In this document: one piece after another, positions 34,622 through 47,400 of the stretch
Numbering within the stretch: position 1 is the stretch's first letter
How the letters are laid out: every line of letters starts with the position of its first letter
From: Flectonema sp. DT1601
Lineage: Eukaryota
DNA length: 64,000 nt
Reading direction: 5' to 3'
Assembly: GCA_964019425.1 (NCBI GenBank)
Contig: OZ025795.1
Location: forward strand, 1,302,001-1,366,000
The notes under the pieces: model-generated
Seen by the model: the letters and a program-made list of their open reading frames with translations, nothing else
The model's database searches: none
Told to the model about the DNA's origin: nothing
Program-made: the position numbers and the translations under genes

Positions 34622-36316
34622 GTTGTTTGGTTTAGTAACAAAAAAAAACTCAAATTACTAACTACGGGTTGTTATCTTTTTTTTTTTTTTAAAAAAACCC
34701 AAAAAGAAAAAAAAAAAACAAGGAAAAAAAAACATCACACCAAATGCTTCAGTTCCATGAGTGTCGTGGATGTTTGGTAAATTTTTATTCCCACTTTCTG
34801 TTTTTTTAAAAATCTTTTAGACTATCTATTGCGACAAACAAAAAAAAGCAAAAAACACACACATCAGTCTCTCCAATGAGACAAACGAATTATATTTCCC
34901 TTATGTTTATTATTATATTTTTTCTCGACAAAACCTTTCTTTTGATTTAACAACTGCAAATATCATTTTCAGTTAACTACTGACACTGTTTGCTCGCGCG
35001 GGCGGTGGGTTTAGGTAGTCATTTGTTTCAGGTTATTCTACGTCTCTCATATGTCTGTGAGAGTCTCACGGTTGGCTGGTAGCGATCTAACTGTTATCCT
35101 GTTGAGCTCGTTCCTGTATTATGGCTTCCTGAACTTCAAAAAAAAAAAAAAACACCTAAAGTTTGTTACTGTTTTTACATTCAAAGTTTCACCCCATCTT
35201 CACAGGAAGTCTGAGAACCTATTCAGCTGAATCTCGTGACGTTGAAGTCGAAGTTGCAAAGCAAACTGATTATAAGCTCGATGGATCTTCCTTGTTGCTG
35301 TGTGTCGAGAGGTCGACCACATACTGAGTGAAAAAAAATATTGTATACTCAAAGGACGAAGAGCATTTTTCGGTTTTTATTTATTTTTTTTTTTTTGTGT
35401 TATTTTTACTACGAATATCCGTAGCAATTCAAAAAAAAAAAAAAAAAAAACATTCTCCCATCATTCATCAGAGGTTTGTTTTTCTTTCTCAAAAACCCAA
35501 AAATTACTAAATTCAACAATGATTTCTGAATACTAATACTAACATTCTTATTGTTATATAACTATAAGTCTTCTGTGAGTCTTCGGAAACGGTTATGGAT
35601 TGGGTCCTCTGTTGCTGTGAGTTGCCCTCCTAGAGCACTCATAACATACAGCAACGTTGGATTAAAATAACTAGCTATTTTAAAATTGAAGGTTCCAACT
35701 ATCCAAAAACTGCATAACCTTGTTGCTTTTATCTTGTGTGTTTAAACGAAACATCGCCCTCTGTGCTTCGGTTAGTCGAATTTTGTTATTTTTCTTCTGT
35801 TCCTTCACTTGGTGTTTTTTGCTTTAGTGAAAAAGAAAAAAAAAACTAGTTGTTTCTTCTTGTCAAAAAAAAAAAAAAAAAAAAAAAAGGCAAAACCTGC
35901 CGTAGTTGGTAGGTTTGCGTTGTTATTTTCCTTCTCTGTGCTTTCAAAAAAAAAAAAATAAATAAATAAAAAGAGTATCTTATGGGTATTATTGTTCATT
36001 AATTATTTAATGAAATCTTTGCAGGTTACTCATTCTTTTCTTATTCCCTTTTTCCTGTTCAATGTGGTTGTCTAACAGCAACTTGTTGATTGTTTTTTTT
36101 TTTTTTTTTTTTTTTTTTTGTTCTGTTTGAAAGAAAGAAAAGAAGGAATTCAAAAAAAAAAAAAAGAAAAAAAAAAAAAACACTGTAGTACATGTTTCTC
36201 CAATGGAATAACAGAGAGGAGATTTTTAACAAACTGTACTGTGCAGGTAATACCTTTTCCCAAAAAAAATGAATAAATAAATTTACATGTTCATTATACT
36301 CATCAGCAATCACGAT

Positions 36317-37684
36317 ATGAAGCTACCAGTCTACGCCAGGCTGCCAGAAGGAACACTTCTTTTCTTAGAAGTTGATCAGACTGGTACTATTGGGTTCCTT
36401 ATAAAGGAAATTGAATCTCAAACTGGAGTGAAGGGGATTAAATTAATGTTAAACGGCGTATCACTCGGAGGGGAAGCAACAGAACTATCTGACTGTGGAG
36501 TGTACTCTGAATGTGTTATCGACGTTGATTTCCATAGAATAATAATCGGAGATAAAGGCAGCGAGACTGTTGATGGATTCATTGCTTCACCACAAGGACT
36601 TTTATTATACTCAAAGTTGGGTAATGCTACTGCTGTGAATACGTTACTGCAATGTGGAATAGATCCTAATTGTAAGAACAGCTCAGGAGAATCACCTCTT
36701 CATCTCTCTGCTATGAGAGCTCATTATAATGTTGTTGAGTTGCTGTTGCAGTATAATTGTGATGCGAAGGCACATGATGCTTTTGGAAATAGTCCTTTGT
36801 ATTTAGCATGTGAACATTCCCATCCAGATATTATCTCTCTGCTATTAAATACTGGTATTCCTTGTCAACTTAGTTATCTTGTTGTTGGTATGTCTCAAAA
36901 GAATACAGATGTTATTAGTGTATTGCTACGATACACTAATCACTTAGAAGAAACTGATGCGGAAGGTCATACAGCTTTACATCATGCGGTTGATACTCGA
37001 GATGTTTCAGTTGTGAAGTCAATTACTGAAGCAGGTTGTCCTGTTGATACATCTTCAAGAACAGGAGTGACACCATTATTAGCATCGTGTGAAAGAGGTT
37101 GTGCTGACATAGCGAGTTATCTCTTACAGAAGGGAGCTAACCCACATCATAAGAATGGGAATAAATCAAATGCGATAACATCATCGATTGGGACAGTTGA
37201 TTCTGAAAAGTTAGTAACAATGTTATTAAAGTTTGGAGTCGATCCAAATGTAGCAGACGCGAGAGCTGACGCATCACCACTAATGTTGTCATGTCAGTTA
37301 GATGATAAAGCAGTTACTCGTTGTCTTGTTATGATGAGTCATGATTTGGATATAAATTATCAAAACTCATCTGGGAACACATCGCTGATGGAAGTTGCTG
37401 CATCTGGTTGCGAAGCAACTGCTAACATTCTTCTTTCATCATCATCTCTTAACCTCAACATTAGAAATAATACAGGTAAGACTGCTCTTCATATTGCTGC
37501 AGAACGTGGTCATGTTTCTGTGATTGAATTACTGTTATCGAAGGGTGCTGATGCGGAAATCAGAACCCTTCGAGGTGTGAATCCTCTACTTCTCGCAGTC
37601 AGAAATAATCAAGTCACTGCAGCAGAAGTAATGCAACGCCACCTTGAGAAACGATCGGGTGACAGTTGCTGCATTATATCGTAG
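36317..37684 (+). CDS. ubiquitin-like domain + ankyrin-repeat protein with C-terminal CaaX (CCIIS)
   Basis: N-terminal VYARLPEG..LMLNGVSL..LSDCGVYSECVIDV; repeated GxSPLH/GxTALH ankyrin motifs. Confidence 0.85.
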   Translation: MKLPVYARLPEGTLLFLEVDQTGTIGFLIKEIESQTGVKGIKLMLNGVSLGGEATELSDCGVYSECVIDVDFHRIIIGDKGSETVDGFIASPQGLLLYSKLGNATAVNTLLQCGIDPNCKNSSGESPLHLSAMRAHYNVVELLLQYNCDAKAHDAFGNSPLYLACEHSHPDIISLLLNTGIPCQLSYLVVGMSQKNTDVISVLLRYTNHLEETDAEGHTALHHAVDTRDVSVVKSITEAGCPVDTSSRTGVTPLLASCERGCADIASYLLQKGANPHHKNGNKSNAITSSIGTVDSEKLVTMLLKFGVDPNVADARADASPLMLSCQLDDKAVTRCLVMMSHDLDINYQNSSGNTSLMEVAASGCEATANILLSSSSLNLNIRNNTGKTALHIAAERGHVSVIELLLSKGADAEIRTLRGVNPLLLAVRNNQVTAAEVMQRHLEKRSGDSCCIIS

Positions 37685-38174
37685 TCGTAATAGAAAAGGT
37701 AGACCGTCTTTTTAATATAATTTTCTGTTTTTTTTTCCTCTTTTTTTTTTTTTTTTTGTATCGTTACTGACTTATTTCCTCACTATTCAGACTGGTGTAC
37801 AGCCTGCTATTCCACTGATTAATATTTAACACTCACACGGAGTCTTGTTCTTGCTTGGCTGTGGAAAAGTTCAACAGTAACCACAATAGGTCATTATGTT
37901 GTCTGTCAAGGCAGCCCATTGTGCGAAACTCGTTTATATTTACCAGAAATCTTGCGAACCCTTTTGGTTGAGGGAACAGACGTCGATCTCTTATTCTTTA
38001 AAAGAGTTAATGTTGAAATATGATACAAAAGAGTTTTTCAACGCGGCATCATTTAGGCGATTCATTTCTGCTTGAAATAAAAATCTTCCTCTCTTCCCCT
38101 TCGTTGTACTCGATATCCTTAATTAGATAATCGTAAGTCGGTACAATAGAGATAAGCTGTAAACTAGGTTTTTC

Positions 38175-38225
38175 AGTTGCCTTTTCTCTTTTTTTTCTCT
38201 TTCTCTTTCTCTTTCTCTTTCTCTT
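38175..38225. repeat. (CTTTCT)n microsatellite / polypyrimidine tract
   Basis: Direct reading of the sequence. Confidence 0.85.
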
Positions 38226-38591
38226 TTTTTTTTTTTTTTTTTTAAATTTTTTGCAGCGGTGTTTTTTCACTGTGCTCCTCCGTTATAGTATAAGTTTTTT
38301 TTTAAATTTTTTTTTTATAGTAGTATTTTTCAATGTGTAGGCTAAAAGAAATTGTTGGGAGCAAAGAGGCATGCGATTTTATGTGGACGGAATCCAGTTA
38401 TGATGATTCATGTCTAATGTGTTGCTTGTTAACCTTGATTTATTTATCTAAGTTCCCTTGTGAGATTTTTTTTTTTTTTTTTGGAAAAAAAAAAAAAGGA
38501 AAAAAAAAAGAGAAGAGAAGCATCCAATTTACAATCGAGTGACTACTTCCCTGACCTGAGTTGCTGTTAGGGGGGATTTAATTCGATACGA

Positions 38592-38628
<37 letters not shown>

Positions 38629-39795
38629 CTTTGTAGCTGATATGTTGTTGAACAAGATATCTTTAATCGTTCCCCTGCTCCCAATTTTCTTTAAATCGGT
38701 CGATTGTTCTTTTTTTTATTTACCGATCTGAACAACAAACAACTGTTGGATTATACAAATATATAAACTAACTAACAACATAAACATCAATAACACCAAC
38801 AACAGAAAGCAGCTGGTAATGTCTGCTTTTTTCGGTGATTTCTTTTGTTCCCGTGTTCTCTCCCTTTGAGAGCATGACTTCTAATACGACACCGTTACCT
38901 TCCTCGTACGGTATTTCGATTGCTCTTCTCTCGTCAGTAAGATCTCAATAAATTTTATTAATTAGCTGAACTTGCTAACCAGCTGAGCGACAATTCCTTA
39001 GATGGAAACGACACAAAATAGAAACTCAAACCTGGTAGTTAAACGCGCAGACGTCGAAGACATAAGTTTAAATTAAACGACAAAGAACATAAACTAACCT
39101 GACTAGCTCCGATGAATTTTTTACCTTAAAATGATAACAACTTCAATATAGAACGAAGTCCCTAGAACTTAGTGAGAGAGGACTAAAGGGGATGCCGGAC
39201 ATGTTCTATTTCCGCAGATGAATGGTCTTTTGTTTTATTTTTGTCTTTTCTTTATTTTGAGTTATAATCTTTTCTATAATAAAATAATACCAACTGGAGG
39301 GCAACCCCAGCGGTGAGTAGACACCGCAGTGTCCCCCTTTACTTCCCTCGCCGAAGAGGGCTGTTAATTTTTAGCCCGAAAAACAACCATTATTTGTTTG
39401 TTGTCATTTGATTTCTTTTTTTAATTATTATTTGTGTTTTTTTTCTTTTTTCTTTTATATGAATCAGAGGGAATCAGAGGGAAGTGGTTTATTGTATCGA
39501 CGACGGTTGGTTAAGTCTTCAAGAGTATGAATAAAAATATTTTACTTTTTTACTTTTGAATTGTTGAATAGATCAGAATTCTTTTTTTTTCCTTTTTTTT
39601 TTTCTTTTCGAGTAGTTGCGTTAGTGAGAAACTAGTTGTAATGTTTACTAAATTAAACTGTCAGTAAAGAATGAATGGCTCAAAACAAACTGAGCTCAAA
39701 TAACACCAATCTGTGTCCTAGATGGACAAGCACATACCAGCAGTGTTAACTGATTACCGTGAGCTTTGCCTGCCTGAAAAAAGATAATAGTTAGT

Positions 39796-40578
39796 CCCTG
39801 TAACGGGCTACAGGACATGGGGCGCTCAACCTGTAGTACGTGGCCTCGAATCCCCATATTCGACAGAACATATGGGGTTTTTTATCGATACCAATTGTTG
39901 ATTTTCTTATATTGCAACCAGGTTTTGCCGAACCCTATTCTCGTTTTAGCCGGTTTCAAGTTGCTTTCTATTTGATATTAGTATCAAGTTACCCCCCAAT
40001 AAGTAACTACACTCTAGTCCTGCTAACTGGAGTGATTCAGTCACAATAGTAGACTGACTACTTCTACACCATAACTGATGATGAGAGAATAGAGTAAAGA
40101 GGTATATGGATTACTCTTGAAACCTGATAGTTACTTTAAAAGGCTAAGTTAAGCACTGTATCCTTAACAGATGTTGTATTTTACAAATTCAAACATTCAA
40201 CCCCCCTACAACACTTTTAAACTACTATTCCCAAGTTATCTCCCAAAGTCTTGCGACGTGTGCACCACAGTAATGCGCTACGAATCAATATATTTTTTGG
40301 TTTTCTTTTACATTGTTTTTTTCCCCTTTTTATTTGTGAGGTTTGCTTTTGAAATCCATTTTATTGGTTTTCAAATTGATATTTATATTTAAAAACTGTA
40401 ACGGGTTACACGCTCAACCTGTAGTACGTGTCCCCCGAATCCCCATATTCGACAGCATGTATGGGATTTTATCGATAGCAACTGTTGGTCTCTTTTTCAT
40501 GGCAATCCGGGTTTAGCCGAATCCTAATTTAGTTTTAACCAGTTTTCAACTTGCTTATATTTCATTATAGCGTCAAGT
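39796..40578 (+). repeat. two copies of a ~190-bp dispersed repeat; further copies at ~43850-43990 and 62263-62390; probable piggyBac-like left end
   Basis: Shared TGTAACGG..GTACGTG..CGAATCCCCATATTCGACAG..TATGGG. The copy at 62259 begins TTAA|CCCTT. Confidence 0.65.
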
Positions 40579-42343
40579 TTATCATCCTAGGCGGTCATCC
40601 AACCTGTGTCAGTTAATTTCGCCCTCTAAATTTGGAGGGCGGTTCTAACTCCGACAATTTTAAAATGTTGCTTTTATTATTATTATATCGATTCACCTTA
40701 ATATTTTTAACAATTAATTGCTCAGTAGGCATGAGATGAGGCAGAAATTCTTTCTTTGAATGAAAAACTCACAAAATAATACTACGAACCTGAAGATCGT
40801 ATTTTCTCTTTGACATTGATTACATTTCGTAGTCGGTTATCGTCCGTCTCTTACACTGCCTGCCTCGTCAATAACTTCTAGTTAAAGTACGTCTCTCCTC
40901 GCTGTGAGAGTCTCTCTTAAATACTGTTTCCTGAATTCGAATGTTTTTTCTTTTTTTTGATAAAATTATTTATCTTTTCATAACTGAGACAAGTCTTCAC
41001 TCAAAAAGGGTAATTAATATTTGTGTGAATTATTATTTACTCTTCCTTTGATGTATTGTTTGTATTCTTTCTTGTTTTTTTTTTTTTTTTTCTTCTTTGA
41101 ATTATTTGGTTTTAAATTTGTAGTTTTCAGCAGTCTGGTCCCCACTGTCCGTCGCAGATCTTTCCATTTTTTTTTTTTTTTTTAAAATCCCTCTTAAGTG
41201 TGCGTATACTTGTTTCTGTTTTAAAACTAACTGATTCATGTTAATATTAGTCTGTGAGAGTCTCACGGTTGCTGGTAGCGATGTAACTGTTACCCTGTTG
41301 AGCTTTTCCTGGTTTAGTTTACAACGATGGCAACTTCAATATAGAATGAAGTCTCTTAGAACTTACTGATGAAGGCCTAAAAAGGGACAAATAGTATAAG
41401 ATTAAGTCTCCTGAAAACTACATATTCTATTACCCTTTTGATGTTAGGAAACTGCAGAAATGAATACTTTTCTTTTGCTAATTTTTACTTTTTATTCTCA
41501 CTTTTCTATACTAAATTTAATGATAACTAACTGATAACCGTTGATACTAACTAATCATCTTTATGAGTAGGACAGTCACTTACTTTCTTTGTTGTCCTAC
41601 GAGTTTTTGTATTTCATTAACCTATTTAATGTTACACAAAATAAATAATCTTTTCCGTCTGTTCTAAACACCTACCTGCCTCCTCAGTTCTGGTAACTTT
41701 TGGTGGTTAATTCTCCAAGGTACTTTAGTTATAATTTAAAAGGTATATAACTCTTTAAAAGACTGCTACAGTAACATTAGCAATCTGGCGCTCAACTGTG
41801 TTCATATGACTTGCTGTGATATTGTTTTATTTGCAGCTATTTACAATGCTGCCGCTGACAGTCAAGATTGTCTGAAGTGGTGTTGTTTTTTTTGAGCCTG
41901 ATTACGTATCTTATAATCTCTCCCCTACAAGATCGCTTCGAGTCTCTTTCTTCTTCTTCTTGTTTTCTTTTTTGGTAATTTATATAAATAAATAATAAAT
42001 AACTTTCACTTTGGTTTTGTTATTTTGTCAGTTCTTTGCCTTTGTCATATTGTACAAAGATTTCTATTTATAGTTTTAAAAAGTAACACAAGTAGAGAAT
42101 CACATAAATCAACTTCCTTTCATGTACTCTCACAGTATCCATACCTATGATGATAGAATAGAGTTAAAGAGATAATCTAAGTTCACTTTCAAAGCTTCAA
42201 TACAATTAATTCTATAACCCCCTCCACAGAGTAGAATCAGTATCGATGTCTCTGTTAGCCTTGGCAAGCAGCAGTTAGCATTTCCACTTTTTTGGAACCA
42301 CTTCAACACCCGTCTTGATTTTCAAGAATTACTCAAAGCAACA

Positions 42344-43425
42344 ATGCAGGTTTTTGTGACGTGTCCGGATTTGGGATTCCCCGCAGTGTCAGTCACGACT
42401 GGTGTTGATTCCCTTGTGAGCGAAGTGTTGACGGCGGCGGCTGGGGAGTGGGATGTGGATCCGGAAGAAGTTGAACTGTCGTTCGCTGGTGACACGCTTT
42501 GCGAAAGTGAGCGACTAGCAGATCGTGGAGTGGTTGGAGAGAGCGAGTTGGAGATGTGGAAGAAGCGGTTTCGTATATTCAGTAAATGCTGGTTTGTTGA
42601 TGATTCAAAACGGGAGAAGCTGCTTCGCTGGCTAAGAGAACACAATGAGGAATACTTATGCCTTGACACCACAACATTCACAGAGGATGGTTGCCTCAGT
42701 ATTAAGGGTGATTTGCTTCCTTCTGATGCCGAACGGATTTCTTTCCGCAATTCAAATCCCGACATCTCAGCCATCTCACAAATTGTCACTATTGGAAATT
42801 GTTTCTTGTATCTTTGTTCACAAATCACTTCTCTTGATCTTTCAGGTCTAAGTAGTGTCACCACCATTGGAGATTATTTCTTGTCTATCTGTTCACAAAT
42901 CACTTAGTGCCTCGTCATCTCACCGTGCTAGCAAGCCTGAATGACAGCACTCAAAATGGTACATATATCTGTTCACAAATCACTTCTCTTGACCTCTCAC
43001 GTCTTAGTAGTGTCACCACCATTGGACATCGTTTCTTATATCACTGTTCACAAATCACTTCTCTTGATCTTTCAGGTCTTAGTAGTGTCACCACTATTGG
43101 AGATGATTTCTTGTCTCATTGTTCACAAATCACTTCTCTTGACCTTTCAGATCTTAGTAGTGTCACCACCATTGGAGATTATTTCTTGTCTATCTGTTCA
43201 CAAATCACTTCTCTTGACCTCTCAGATCTTAGTAGTGTCACCACTATTGGAGATTATTTCTTGTCTTCCTGTTCACAAATCACTTCTCTTGATCTTTCAA
43301 GTCTTAATAGTGTGATTAATTTTGGAGATAACTTCCTTGTTGATTGCAATGCACTTGAATCTGTTCAGCTGCCTGTAAATAATGGCGCTCTCTTTGAGGA
43401 GTCAGTGGAAGCAGCTATTAATTAA
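42344..43425 (+). pseudogene. UBL-LRR gene copy 3 (6 repeats + C-cap), disrupted by a 60-bp insert plus 20-bp duplication
   Basis: Same UBL and linker as copies 1 and 2. Removing 80 bp restores a single ORF. Confidence 0.85.
42906..42965. mobile_element. 60-bp hairpin-forming insertion with a 20-bp target-site duplication
   Basis: TATCTGTTCACAAATCACTT at 42886-42905 and 42966-42985; internal stems AGTGC/GCACT and GTCAT/ATGAC. Confidence 0.85.
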
Positions 43426-44451
43426 TATGTTTTGTTTTGTTAATTTTGATTTTCTTTTAATTTGTAAATTTTCTTATTATTTTTTTATTCTTCTAAAGTG
43501 TGTAATCTATAAAGTTGATTATCAAAATTCCATTTTGGTAATTTGTCACCAACACCGCACCGAGAGATAAGAATAACAATCGCTGTTGGCGATAATTTTT
43601 AATATACCATAGCCTTCCCCCGCCGGTGTCCCGCCGAACCGAATTGGGCCTGGCACAACCCCTACGCAGAAGTAATCTGCACCCTTTCATGGTGGAGTTA
43701 GTTCTTTGTTGGATACAATTCTGGTGTTTGTCTTTACCTTCAATCTTAACATATACTTATTTCTCAGGTGCATAAAGTGATGGAAAGCGAATTACTAAAA
43801 TAGGAATCTATTTTCGTATCAACGACTTTCATCTACCATCAATATACAGGAACCTGTAGTACATGGTCCCGAATACTTTGATTTGGGCAGCAAGAGTAGG
43901 AGCAACTGCTTCTCTCTTTACATGGCAATCAGCTTTGGCCGAACCTTAGCCGATTCTCAAATTGCTTTATATTTAATTTCAGTATCAAGATTCCTTCCCT
44001 TGCAGAGAGAGTTTGCTTTTAGTAACATTTCCTTTAATGAAGTATATTGTTAATTAATAAAATATATTTACGTTTCAAAGCTAAACTAGGTTTGTCTGGA
44101 ATTGCAGTAACGGTAGCAAGAACAGGCATACCTGTCAATTCCCGTTTCAGCATGCTGAATAGCAAAGCTAATTGAAGCTTATTTTAAGTCTTGTAAGCCT
44201 CTCCTGCTGATTCGGTTCTCAGCTTGGCTGATTACGTCGATTGCCCCATCTAGCCGTCTGAAAACCCAGCCTGGCACATGATTGGGTTCTCAGGACTGGT
44301 TGCTTTGCTACCGTGACGTTCGTATTCACCTGTACTTTGAGTATAATGCATGCATGGGAATTAATAAATAAGACGGAAATAAAAAGAGTACGGGTTTGCT
44401 GTATTATTAATTAATAAATATATTTATGTCCCAGAGCTAATTAAATATGAA

Positions 44452-47400
44452 ATGGGATGCGGGGGGTCAGCTGTTAAGAATAGATATGAGTGCACTGATA
44501 AGGATTTTGAATTCGCAGAGTTTGAGAGCTCGATGAAGGCAGTTCTGGAAATGGCGAAGAGAAAGAAATTTTCTAGAAGTGTTTTTTCAAAAATAGACAT
44601 CGAAACTGTAAAAGAATTGTACGACATTATAATTGAAGAACAGCTAGCGGAATTCAGCATTGCGACCTCATTGGAAAAGAATGATAGAGAAATAGACAAC
44701 CTGGACAATTCAAACAACAAAAGCACTTCATCAAAAGGCAGTATTGAACAAGAAAGTAAAAATCAACAATCAAATATGAAGGTAATCAGAGTAGAGTTCG
44801 GTCTTCGCAGTACGTTCACTGCAGAATCGAAAAACGATCTCAATTTGTATGCAAAAGAGAATGCTGAAGAAGAAGTATTAAAGTCTCTTGAGCTCGCATC
44901 CAGTAGCTCAACGCTATCGACTCTTGCTAAGGGAACTCACGTTTTAAAACCTGCTGCTGCTCAGCAACCTTTAAAAAATCGAAAAACTCACAAATTATGG
45001 AAGGACGTTGCAAAAAATGCCCAAGTTTTCAGTGTTGCCTGCGATATAAGTAGCCAAATTGATATTTTGCTTACCATGAATATGAATATAGAACGAAGTA
45101 TATTATCGGGTATGGATGCGTGGGTAACTCTGTTGGTATTTACGACACGTTATTTGAACGGAAAATCAGCTGAAATCTGGTTCTACGATAAAGACATGAT
45201 TGTCACAAGTAACAATGAGAGAAAATCGCCAATTTCGAAACCAACTGGTACATTAAAGGAAACTATTGATAATGCATTCAAGAGCGGGTCACCGTGTACG
45301 TCAGGTATTGACTCTTCCTCAGAAGAGAGTGATAACGACGGGATTGCAGTTACTGTGATACCCATATCAGTTTCTTCACAGTTTGACGTCGCTTTTAATA
45401 TGTTCGAAAACAGACATCTTGGAACTGAAGAAGAATACCTCGCCGTGATTGTAATTTATACGAAATCATCACCTCCACCATCTCCTAGTCAAAGTTATCG
45501 TAAAAAAGGGAACTCCCTGTTCTACTCTGCAATTAGATCACAATTCTTAATGATTATGAGATTTCAAACACTATTTGAAAAAGCTGTAGCTCAACAGCGA
45601 AAATCTGATGCATTAAATAAACTTGCAAGTCATTTGTGTGTCACAGACGTTGAAAAATGTACTCCTTTTGAGATTGTTTCACTTGCTGGTGAGTTGGTGG
45701 GAGCAGAGGCAGTATCGCTGTTACTCTCTTCAGATGACGGATCGGTATTTTTAGTTATTTTTCAAAATAAAAAAACTGACAAAGTAAAATCGTTTTCAAC
45801 TGAAATATCGAACTTCAGTCAAACATCGATCGTGAGAAGAGTGTTTAAATCAGGACTCGGAATTGAAGTCGCAAAAAGTTCCAAAGACAGAGAAGGAATT
45901 CGCTTTTTAGATAGCTTAACAGGAAACACCACTACTAATCTTTTATGTGTCCCAGTCAAAGTCGAAGAAAATATAACGGCTGTCGCGATTGTGTCAAATA
46001 AATCAGCGGAGTTTACGGAAGAAGACGTCGAACTAATTTCTTCTTTCACGCTTTTTGCTGCCGTCTCCATCAGAAACAGAAGTTATTATAAAGAAATGAA
46101 ACGACAAAAAGCGACTGCCGACATGATTCTCTCAACCGTCAAGAAAGTATCAGAGTCTGACATCAGAGACATCACAGATGTGAACCAATCTGTTATTGAA
46201 GGAGCACAAGCACTGTGTAGTGCTGATAGATGTGCGTTGTTTATGGTAGACGAGGAGTACAATCAACTTGTGGCTGAGTTGTCAAACGGTTCGACTATAA
46301 AAATTCCAATCGGTTCTGGAATTGCAGGAACGGTAGCAAGAACAGGCATACCAGTCAATATCGAAGACGCATACGGTGATCCAAGATTTAATGCTACTGT
46401 TGACAAAGCAACGGGATATAAAACAAATTCTATCCTGTGCTATCCTATTCATTGTAATAATGAAGTTGTTGCTGTTGCTCAACTTATTAACAAACTTGAT
46501 GACACAATGAGATGTATTACTTTTAATCAAAGCGATGAGCAATTATTAAAATCATTCTCAGCTGTTGCTGGTATTGCCATAGGAAATGCAAGGCTCTATG
46601 AAGTTGTTGTGGCAGCGGGAAACGATGCGATGAAATTATGTTATTTCGATCAATCTCAATCTCTCACCACAAAACCAACAAATTACTTAACAATAGTTAA
46701 ACCTGAAATCGTATCAACGTATCACAGTATGTACAAATCACTGGACATGTCGATAGCAAAGCAGTTAAAAAACACATCATTTCCAATACATACTTTTGAC
46801 AACCGACAGAGCGACTTAATTCCGTTGATTTATTTTATGTTCCATGACTTGGGGTTGATAAAAATATTTAATATCGATAGCAATGTCATGTTTACGTTTC
46901 TTGGAACTGTGGTGTTGATGTACAGACCGATACCTTATCATAGTATGTTGCATGCTTTTGATGTTGTTCAGACTTTGTATATTCTTTTAAAATATGATTG
47001 TATTAGTAGCGTTTTATCAGACTTAGAAAAGTTAGCGTTGCTGATTACTGGATTAGTACATGACATTGATCACATGGGATTAAATAACAGTTTTCATTTA
47101 AAAGCAGAGACCCCTCTGGGGATTATTGTCTCAGCATCAGGAAGCAGCAGCGTCTTAGAACTGCACCATGCGACTGTTGCTGTTGAATTATTGCAATGTT
47201 CTCAGACAGCTATTCTTAGTAAATTATCACAACCTGAGTGGACGTCTTTTATAAAAATTTTAACTCATGTTATCCTCTCTACTGACTTAACCAGACATAA
47301 TGGTGTTGTTACAGAATTTGAAGCAATACCTAACTTCAACAACAACGATAAAGATCACAAGCTTCGATTAATTACAATATTGGTAGTCACTGCTGACGTT

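Noticed and set aside
30254..36313. Short ORFs rich in poly-F or poly-K
   Set aside because: Translations of poly-T/poly-A tracts and repeats in intergenic DNA.
38885..38940. Second HDV-like ribozyme (ACGACACC..TCCTCGT)
   Set aside because: P1, P3 and P4 could not be assembled consistently.
39810..39860. tRNA gene or twister/twister-sister ribozyme
   Set aside because: Only partial strings (CGAATCCC, GGCGCTCA) are present; no cloverleaf or full ribozyme fold could be built.
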